A DNA stretch of 64,000 nt from an uncultured Bacilli bacterium (GTDB lineage: Bacteria > Bacillota_I > Bacilli_A > RF39 > UBA660). The DNA lies in NCBI GenBank assembly GCA_944372545.1, contig CALVZO010000002.1:4538-68537 (forward strand). The letters are read 5' to 3'. The position numbers and the translations under genes were made by a program. Under the pieces are notes generated by a model. That model was not told the DNA's origin. It did not search any database and saw nothing but the letters and a program-made list of their open reading frames with translations. Of the stretch, positions 58,007 to 64,000 are shown one piece after another (positions within the stretch are counted from its first letter, which is position 1; each line of letters opens with the position of its first letter).

Positions 58007-58128
58007 ATAGAAGCGATGATGGCGTGGAAAACCGGAGCTATATAAAGATGAGTGATTTTTCTAGGATAATTAGGGTGGAACCGTGGGAATATCTCACCCC
58101 TATGTTTTAGAAGTTTTTTTTATTTAGG
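58007..58128 (+). promoter_or_regulatory. Compact T-box leader upstream of glyQS
   Basis: TTGATA (57972..57977), 17-nt spacer, TATAAT (57995..58000). GCGAUGA start. T-box aattagggtggaaccgtgg at 58068..58086, whose UGGA matches the tRNA-Gly discriminator U73. Terminator arm ccctatgttttag plus T-run. Only about 60 nt are available for Stem I. Confidence 0.7.
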
Positions 58129-58137
58129 AGGAATATT

Positions 58138-59511
58138 ATGAAATTAACAATGGAAGATTTAGTGAATTATGCAAAACAATATGGATTTATTTATCAAGGT
58201 AGTGAGATATATGGTGGTCTTGCTAATTCTTGGGATTACGGACCACTTGGAGCATTACTAAAACAAAATGTTAAAAATATGTGGTGGAAAAAATTTATTC
58301 AAGAGTGTCCTTATAATTATGGATTAGATTCAGCCATATTAATGAATCCAGAAGTATGGGTAGCATCAGGACATGTAGCATCTTTTTCAGACCCTTTAAT
58401 TGACTGTAAAAAATGTAAGGGAAGATTTCGGGCAGATAAATTAATTGAAGATGCAACAAAGGGAGAAATTACTGGCGATGGCTTAAAAAATGAAGAATTA
58501 ATTAATTTAATTAAAGAAAAAAATATTGCTTGTCCAAAATGTGGTAGTCATGATTTTACTGATATTAGAAACTTTAATTTATTATTTGAAACTTATCAAG
58601 GTGTAACAGAAGATGCTAAAAATAAAATATATTTAAGGGGAGAAACTGCTCAAGGAATATTTGTGAATTTCAAAAATGTTGAAAGAAGTATGCGGGCTAA
58701 AGTACCTTTTGGAATAGGGCAATACGGAAAAAGTTTTCGTAACGAAATAACTCCCGGAAATTTTATATTTAGAACAAGAGAATTTGAACAAATGGAATTA
58801 GAATTTTTCTGTAAACCAGGAACTGATTTAGAGTGGTTTGGATTTTGGAAAAATTTCTGTTTAGATTTTCTAAAATTACTGGGATTAAATGAAGAAAATT
58901 TAAGATATCGCGACCATGCTAAAGAAGAATTATCATTTTATAGTAAAGCAACGACTGATATAGAATATAAATTTCCTTTTGGTTGGGGAGAATTATGGGG
59001 AATAGCAGATAGAACTGATTATGATTTAGGAGTACACATAAAACATGCAAATGCTGATTTAAGATATTTAGACCCAGAAACTAATGAAAAATATATTCCT
59101 TATGTTATTGAGCCATCTGTTGGAGTAGACCGACTTATTTTAGCAATACTTAGTAATGCTTATCAAAAAGAAGTAGTAGATGATGAAGAAAGATTAGTTT
59201 TAAAAATTAAACCGGCTTTAGCACCAATAAAGGCTACAATACTTCCTTTAGTAAAGAAAATTCATGCCCAAAAAGCAAGTGATATATATGGAAGTTTAAG
59301 TAAATATTTTTCTGTAAGTTATGATGAAACAGGAAGTATTGGAAAAAGATACAGAAGAAGTGATGCAGTTGGTACACCTTTTACAATAACTATTGATGAT
59401 GAAACATTAAATAATGGAACTGTTACAGTAAGAGATAGAGATACAATGAAACAAGTTGCATTAAAAATAGAAGAAGTAAAAGACTACATTGAGAGCAAAA
59501 TAGTCTTGTAA
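58138..59511 (+). CDS. glyQS: Glycine--tRNA ligase (homodimeric GlyQS type)
   Basis: N-terminus [28 protein letters not shown] plus class II motifs, 457 aa. Confidence 0.95.
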   Translation: MKLTMEDLVNYAKQYGFIYQGSEIYGGLANSWDYGPLGALLKQNVKNMWWKKFIQECPYNYGLDSAILMNPEVWVASGHVASFSDPLIDCKKCKGRFRADKLIEDATKGEITGDGLKNEELINLIKEKNIACPKCGSHDFTDIRNFNLLFETYQGVTEDAKNKIYLRGETAQGIFVNFKNVERSMRAKVPFGIGQYGKSFRNEITPGNFIFRTREFEQMELEFFCKPGTDLEWFGFWKNFCLDFLKLLGLNEENLRYRDHAKEELSFYSKATTDIEYKFPFGWGELWGIADRTDYDLGVHIKHANADLRYLDPETNEKYIPYVIEPSVGVDRLILAILSNAYQKEVVDDEERLVLKIKPALAPIKATILPLVKKIHAQKASDIYGSLSKYFSVSYDETGSIGKRYRRSDAVGTPFTITIDDETLNNGTVTVRDRDTMKQVALKIEEVKDYIESKIVL

Positions 59512-59561
59512 AAGTAGATATTTTTTGATAGAATTAAAGAGTAATCTAGGGAGGATTAGTT

Positions 59562-59972
59562 ATGGCACTTGAGAAAATAAAAAGTATTTTTAAATCAATA
59601 GACGATGAAGAGGTTATTGGTACTGAAGATGAATACTATGCAGTATCGGAAGCAGAAGCCTTAAAAGAAGCAGATAAAGTCGGAAATAAAATGATTTTAC
59701 TTGAGCCAAGGTCATTTTCAGAATCACAAGCCATCGCTGATCATTTAAAATCTCGTAATAGTGTAGTAGTAAATTTAAAAAGAGTAACATCAGCCCAAGC
59801 CAAAAGAATTATCGACTTTTTAAGCGGTTGTATTTATGCAATTGGAGGAAATATGCAAAAAATTGGTGTTGGAATATATTTATGTACACCAAAAAATGTT
59901 AATATTCAAGGAAAGATAACTGATGATTCTGATAAAACAAAAAGTGGAGCAGAAGACGATTTAGAGTGGTAA
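59562..59972 (+). CDS. sepF: Cell division protein SepF
   Basis: LEPRSFSESQAIADHLKSRNSVVVNLKRV...AKRIIDFLSGCIYAIGGNMQKIG is a typical SepF/YlmF core. Confidence 0.88.
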   Translation: MALEKIKSIFKSIDDEEVIGTEDEYYAVSEAEALKEADKVGNKMILLEPRSFSESQAIADHLKSRNSVVVNLKRVTSAQAKRIIDFLSGCIYAIGGNMQKIGVGIYLCTPKNVNIQGKITDDSDKTKSGAEDDLEW

Positions 59973-59991
59973 TAAGAATAGGTTGTGAGTT

Positions 59992-60417
59992 ATGAGAAAA
60001 TTTAATAATAGTTTTCCAGGTTATAATAAAAATGAAGTTAATTCTTTTGTATCTAACGTAACAACTGAATATGAAAATATGCTTAATAATTTAAAGGAAA
60101 GAGATAATGAAATAGAACATCTAAAAAAAGAATTAGAACATTATAAAGAGATGGAAAAAACTTTAAATAGAGCCATATTAATAGCAGAAGAGTCTTCGCA
60201 AAATATAAAGAAATCTTCAATTGAAGAAGCAAAGTTGATTATTGAAGAGGCTAAGAAAAATGCTTCTAGGATAATTAATAATGCTTTAATAAAATCAGAA
60301 AAAGTGGAAATAGAAGCAAATAATTTAAAAAGACAAGTAGAAGTTTATAAAAGAAGATATAAAAATATATTAGAAGAGCAATTAGAAGAAGTAGAAAAAT
60401 TAGATTTAGATAATTAA
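59992..60417 (+). CDS. DivIVA domain protein
   Basis: N-terminal F..GYNKNEVNSFV (DivIVA lipid-binding motif) followed by a coiled coil. Confidence 0.8.
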   Translation: MRKFNNSFPGYNKNEVNSFVSNVTTEYENMLNNLKERDNEIEHLKKELEHYKEMEKTLNRAILIAEESSQNIKKSSIEEAKLIIEEAKKNASRIINNALIKSEKVEIEANNLKRQVEVYKRRYKNILEEQLEEVEKLDLDN

Positions 60418-60510
60418 GGCACTTTTCTCTTGCTAAATACAAATATTTATAGTATATTATTAATGAACACGAAAGTGTTTTTTAATTTACAATGATTTTT
60501 AGGAGGAACA

Positions 60511-60723
60511 ATGGCAAAAGAAATCAAAAAGAAAGCGAAGAAAAAAGAACAAAAAGAAAGTTTAATGAAAGGAATTAAAAAGGAACTAAAACAAGTAAAA
60601 TGGCCTAGTTTTAAAGACCTTATGAAATATACTTTGGCTACATTAGTACTATGTATTATTTTAGTTGCGTTTTTTGAGGCTTTAAATATAATTATGGCTT
60701 ATGTAAAGGGGTTATTTAACTAA
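60511..60723 (+). CDS. secE: Preprotein translocase subunit SecE
   Basis: 70 aa, K-rich N-terminus, VKWPS motif and a single TM helix. Directly upstream of nusG. Confidence 0.88.
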   Translation: MAKEIKKKAKKKEQKESLMKGIKKELKQVKWPSFKDLMKYTLATLVLCIILVAFFEALNIIMAYVKGLFN

Positions 60724-61256
60724 TGGAAAAATTATGGTATGTTGTTAATACTTATTCAGGACATGAAAGTAAAGTAAAAGAAAAACTAGAAGCAAAAATT
60801 GAGTCAATGGGTATGGAAGATCATATTTTTAGAGTGGTTATACCAGAAACAACTGAAGTAGAAGTTAAAGATGGTGCAAAAAAAGAAAAGACTAAAAAAA
60901 TGTTTCCAGGTTACATTTTAGTTGAAATGGTTATGTCTGATGAGGCATGGTATATAGTAAGAAATACGCCGGGAGTTACAGGATTTATTGGTTCAAGTGG
61001 AAAAGGTGCTAAACCAACACCATTATTACCACAAGAAATTGACCGTATTTTAGTTAATATGGGAATGAGTCGTGTTAATATAGAAGATGATTTAAAAGTT
61101 GGCGATTCTGTTTCAATTATTGATGGACCATTTAAAGGTATGATGGGTAAAGTTGATAACATTGATTCTGAAAATAATCGTTTAAATATCTTAATTGATT
61201 TATTTGGCCAAGAAACATCAGTTGATGTAGAATTATTCCAAGTTAGTAAAAATTAA
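60723..61256 (+). CDS. nusG: Transcription termination/antitermination factor NusG
   Basis: KWYVVNTYSGHE, FPGYILVEM, and a C-terminal KOW domain (GDSVSIIDGPFKG). Confidence 0.95.
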   Translation: MEKLWYVVNTYSGHESKVKEKLEAKIESMGMEDHIFRVVIPETTEVEVKDGAKKEKTKKMFPGYILVEMVMSDEAWYIVRNTPGVTGFIGSSGKGAKPTPLLPQEIDRILVNMGMSRVNIEDDLKVGDSVSIIDGPFKGMMGKVDNIDSENNRLNILIDLFGQETSVDVELFQVSKN

Positions 61257-61324
61257 AATAAAAAAGTGAAATTCAAAATAATTTGGGTTTCACTTTTTAT
61301 ATGTGTTTTAACAATTTATTTTCT
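61090..61324. repeat. Left (intact) copy of a duplicated segment: nusG 3' end, terminator and the last 9 codons of the convergent permease gene
   Basis: 61221..61324 matches 62375..62478 with 2 mismatches over 104 nt. 61090..61130 matches 62324..62365 at roughly 85%. Confidence 0.9.
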
Positions 61325-61466
61325 GTAATTCTATGAGTTAGTTTAAGATAAGTATGGTAAAAATAATATATTAAAAGTGCTCAAAAATCATATCTAAGTA
61401 ATGATAAATATAGTGGTTTGTGGTATAATATTCATATCAAATTAGAAAAGAAAGTGAGTGATTTCA

Positions 61467-61658
61467 ATGTCTAAAAGCAATTTAACTGAAAAAGAAATAC
61501 AAGAAAAAATAAGAAAAGTTGATGGCGCTATGGCGCAAGAGGGTATGCCTTTAACAAAGGAAATTAAAAAGAAATTATATGATTGTTTAACAGGAAAATC
61601 TACTTATGAAAAGGAAAGAAAAAAAATAATTGAAAAATATAGGAGAATATATGAATAG
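61467..61658 (+). CDS. VbhA-like antitoxin of a class I Fic module
   Basis: 63 aa. GAMAQEGMPLTKE resembles the (S/T)xxxE(G/N) inhibitory motif, with Ala in place of Ser/Thr. 8-nt overlap with fic. TGgTATAAT -10 at about 61421. Confidence 0.6.
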   Translation: MSKSNLTEKEIQEKIRKVDGAMAQEGMPLTKEIKKKLYDCLTGKSTYEKERKKIIEKYRRIYE

Positions 61659-62307
61659 TAAGTATAAATATACTTATGAGAAGACGGCTGATTATTGTTA
61701 TAAGGATACAGATGTATTAATAAATAAATTAAATATTACTAATGAAAAAGATTTATATAATGCAGAAAGAGAACTAGTTTCTTTAAGGGTGTCAGCGTTT
61801 AATGATAATCCTTTAAAAGGTAATTTTGATTTCGATTATTTAAAAGCTATACATAAATATTTATTTCAAGATATTTATAGATGGGCAGGAGATATTAGAA
61901 ATTGTAATATAGCAAAACAAGATTTATTTTGCTTAACTGAACATATTGAATCATTTGCAAATGATATATTTAATAAATTGAAAAAAGAAAATTATTATAT
62001 GGATTATGATTATGAAACTACGATTTTAAAATTAGTGGAATTATTCGCAGATATAAATGCATTGCACCCTTTTCGTGAAGGTAATGGTAGAAGCCAAAGA
62101 ATGTTTATAGAATCACTTGCTAAAATAAATGGTATTAATTTAGATTTAACTAATGTATCAAGTATGGATATGATAGTTGCTAGTCATGAAAGCATAAATG
62201 GACATTATGATAAATTAAATAAAATGTTTAAAGAAAACAGCCATAAAATATCTGAAGAAGAAAGATTAAAATATGTAGAACTTTACTGTTTAAATAAATT
62301 ATGTTAA
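61651..62307 (+). CDS. Fic family protein (AMPylase-type toxin)
   Basis: Canonical Fic motif HPFREGNGRSQR. Start moved to the ATG at 61651 behind AGGAGA. Confidence 0.85.
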   Translation: MNSKYKYTYEKTADYCYKDTDVLINKLNITNEKDLYNAERELVSLRVSAFNDNPLKGNFDFDYLKAIHKYLFQDIYRWAGDIRNCNIAKQDLFCLTEHIESFANDIFNKLKKENYYMDYDYETTILKLVELFADINALHPFREGNGRSQRMFIESLAKINGINLDLTNVSSMDMIVASHESINGHYDKLNKMFKENSHKISEEERLKYVELYCLNKLC

Positions 62308-62323
62308 AAATAATAAATAAGCA

Positions 62324-62478
62324 AATTTAAATGTCGCCGATTCTGGTTCAATTATTGATGAGGATATAGATAAAGTTGATGTAGAATTATTCTAAGATAG
62401 TAAAAATTAAAATAAAAAAGTGAAATTCAAAATAATTTGGGTTTCACTTTTTATATGTGTTTTAACAATTTATTTTCT
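62324..62478. repeat. Right copy of the duplication: decayed nusG 3' fragment with an ~80-bp internal deletion and a premature stop, plus the terminator and the functional permease 3' end
   Basis: aaatgtcgccgattctggttcaattattgatgagga compares with the nusG sequence aaagttggcgattctgtttcaattattgatggacca. CAA is changed to TAA at 62392..62394. Terminator aagtgaaattc...gggtttcactttt is present. Confidence 0.9.
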
Positions 62479-63239
62479 AAAATAACAATAAATTTATAAA
62501 GTATAAATGAGATAATAGCAAGAATTACTATACCACTCATTACTAAATCTAAATTAAATACTTGTTTACCATAAACAATTAGATAGCCAATACCTTGTTT
62601 ACTTACTAAAAATTCCCCCATTATTACACCAATTAAAGTTAGAGAAATATTTAGTTTAAGACTAGTTATTATAGTTTGATAACTACTAGGTATTACTAAT
62701 TTTGTTAAAATTTGTAAATTACTTGCGTTCATTGACTTTAACAATTTAATTTTATACTCATCTGTATTTAAAAAACCATTATAAATACTTAATATACTAG
62801 TAATTAAATTAATTAAAAGAGTCATTAGAATAATACTTTTAACATTGGCTCCACATATTATTATAATAAGTGGTCCAAGCGCTACTTTAGGAAGGGAATT
62901 TAACATAGTTAGAAATGGATCTATAATTTTGGCAAGCATTTTAAATTCATACAAAATTAGAGCAGTTATAAACCCTAGAGTTATACCTAAAATAAATGAT
63001 ATAAATATTTCTTTTAAAGTAACATAGATGTGAATGAAAAAATTATTATTTTGAATTAAATTAGTAATTGTTTTAAATATTCTTGATGGACTAGAGTAGA
63101 TAAAACCATTTAATATTTCATAATTTACTAATAGTTCCCATAACGAAAGAAATAAGATAACTAATAAAATTTGGAAGAAAAAAATTAATTGTTTTTTTCG
63201 TTTTTCTTTTTTTAAAAACTCTTTTTGTTTATTACTCAT
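62451..63239 (-). CDS. ABC transporter permease (NitT/TauT-like binding-protein-dependent family)
   Basis: 6-TM protein with an EAA-like loop region. 8-nt overlap with the upstream ATPase gene. Confidence 0.75.
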   Translation of the reverse strand: MSNKQKEFLKKEKRKKQLIFFFQILLVILFLSLWELLVNYEILNGFIYSSPSRIFKTITNLIQNNNFFIHIYVTLKEIFISFILGITLGFITALILYEFKMLAKIIDPFLTMLNSLPKVALGPLIIIICGANVKSIILMTLLINLITSILSIYNGFLNTDEYKIKLLKSMNASNLQILTKLVIPSSYQTIITSLKLNISLTLIGVIMGEFLVSKQGIGYLIVYGKQVFNLDLVMSGIVILAIISFILYKFIVILENKLLKHI

Positions 63240-63978
63240 TTTTATCTAAATCCTTCCAAATTAAATCAAAATAAGTATTATAATTTTCATCTTTTCTTCT
63301 TATATAAACATCTTCTTTATTTTTAATATCAATTGGAATTATCTTTTTTATTTCTGTTGGTCTTTTAGATAAAACAATAACTTTATCAGAAAAAATAATG
63401 GCTTCTTCAATATTATGAGTAACTAAAATAACTGTTTTCTTTTCCTTTTTAATTATTTTATAAACATCATCACTTATAAGTAAACGTGACTGTTGATCGA
63501 GAGCACAAAATGGTTCATCAAGTAGTAATAAATCTGGTTTTAAAGCAAGAGTTCTAATTAAAGCAACTCTTTGTTTCATACCTCCCGATAAACTTTTTGG
63601 ATATTTATCTTTAAAATCATATAAATTATAAGTTTTTAGTAAGTTATCAACATAAAGAATATTTTCTTTTGTTAATTCATTACTAATTTTTAACCCTAAA
63701 ATAGCATTTTCATAAATAGTCAACCAAGGAAATAGAGCATCACTTTGTAACATATATGCAATTTTTAAATCCTTATTTTTGATTATATTTCCAAAGTAGT
63801 CTTTATCTAAACCGGCAATAATCGATAATATAGTAGATTTTCCACAACCAGAAGGTCCTACTAGTGAAATAATTTCTCCTTTATTAATTTCTAAATTAAT
63901 ATCTTTTATTGCTTCTATTTCTCCTTCTTTGGTATGATAATTTTTCATTAAATTCTTAATTTCAATAACATTATTCAT
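63232..63978 (-). CDS. ABC transporter ATP-binding protein (NitT/TauT-like)
   Basis: Walker A GPSGCGKST, signature LSGGMKQR and Walker B LLLDEPF. Confidence 0.88.
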   Translation of the reverse strand: MNNVIEIKNLMKNYHTKEGEIEAIKDINLEINKGEIISLVGPSGCGKSTILSIIAGLDKDYFGNIIKNKDLKIAYMLQSDALFPWLTIYENAILGLKISNELTKENILYVDNLLKTYNLYDFKDKYPKSLSGGMKQRVALIRTLALKPDLLLLDEPFCALDQQSRLLISDDVYKIIKKEKKTVILVTHNIEEAIIFSDKVIVLSKRPTEIKKIIPIDIKNKEDVYIRRKDENYNTYFDLIWKDLDKNE

Positions 63979-64000
63979 ATAAATTATTTACCATATCATT

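Noticed and set aside
60463-60485. A small GNRA-loop hairpin (aacac-gaaa-gtgtt plus T-run) in the secE-nusG leader was considered as a possible autoregulatory terminator.
   Set aside because: The stem is only 5 bp in AT-rich context, so it is too weak to call from sequence alone.
5054-63027. Many 60-160-aa ORFs lie antisense to or inside long conserved genes. They are 5054..5239, 7897..8151, 8236..8460, 8772..9014, 13030..13215, 13901..14092, 14283..14768, 15538..15744, 17508..17768, 28287..28541, 30737..30922, 30901..31089, 31613..31813, 37592..37774, 44087..44302, 44819..45004, 45053..45430, 46140..46376, 47458..47664, 47636..47860, 50201..50407, 51118..51300, 54188..54385, 54599..54805, 60911..61162 and 62845..63027.
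   Set aside because: Each overlaps a gene with strong motif support. They have low-complexity F/L/I/S-rich translations typical of shadow frames in AT-rich DNA, and they lack RBS context.
1-64000. The whole window was searched for CRISPR arrays, tRNA/rRNA genes, IS elements, integrases and phage genes.
   Set aside because: No regularly spaced repeats, no tRNA-like T-arm/acceptor patterns, no DDE or tyrosine/serine recombinase motifs and no phage structural genes were seen on either strand.
63979-64000. Possible 3' end of another minus-strand gene (an ABC substrate-binding protein?) at the window edge.
   Set aside because: Only a few codons are visible, so there is too little sequence to support a call.

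Overview
The window is a very AT-rich chromosomal segment, roughly 25-30% GC by eye. It comes from a low-GC Bacillota-type organism. This is shown by the B. subtilis-like rpsU-yqeY-yqfC-yqfD-ybeY-dgkA-era-yqzL-recO block, dnaB-dnaI, ylxM-ffh, rny, rnj, sepF/divIVA, three T-box leaders and a glmS ribozyme. Most of the window is core housekeeping: murE, trpS, leuS, recA, ftsY/ffh, glmS, engB, der, nfo, a class B PBP, rpmG, efp, deoD, ileS, fmt, tdk, glyQS and secE-nusG. No rRNA, tRNA, CRISPR array, transposase or integrase was seen.

Small accessory islets are interspersed with the core genes:
- A candidate class II bacteriocin locus. It has a C39-peptidase ABC exporter, a small membrane protein and two double-glycine-leader peptides under 60 aa that are missing from the ORF track.
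- Two integrase-less cassettes, one carrying a DUF4143-type ATPase and one a VbhA-like/Fic pair. Each is bracketed by direct duplications of a convergent-gene terminator plus the adjacent gene 3' ends.
- Four prepilin-type pilin genes without assembly genes, plus a Thr/Ala/Ser-rich protein with a SipW-type signal peptide that looks highly expressed.
- An orphan AAA_21-like ATPase.
- A frameshifted surface-protein gene whose 3' end jumps to about 50-57% GC, followed by a ~41-nt element that recurs 41 kb away.
- An uncharacterised two-gene operon between efp and deoD.

All calls rest on hand translation, motif recognition and synteny. No database searches were run.
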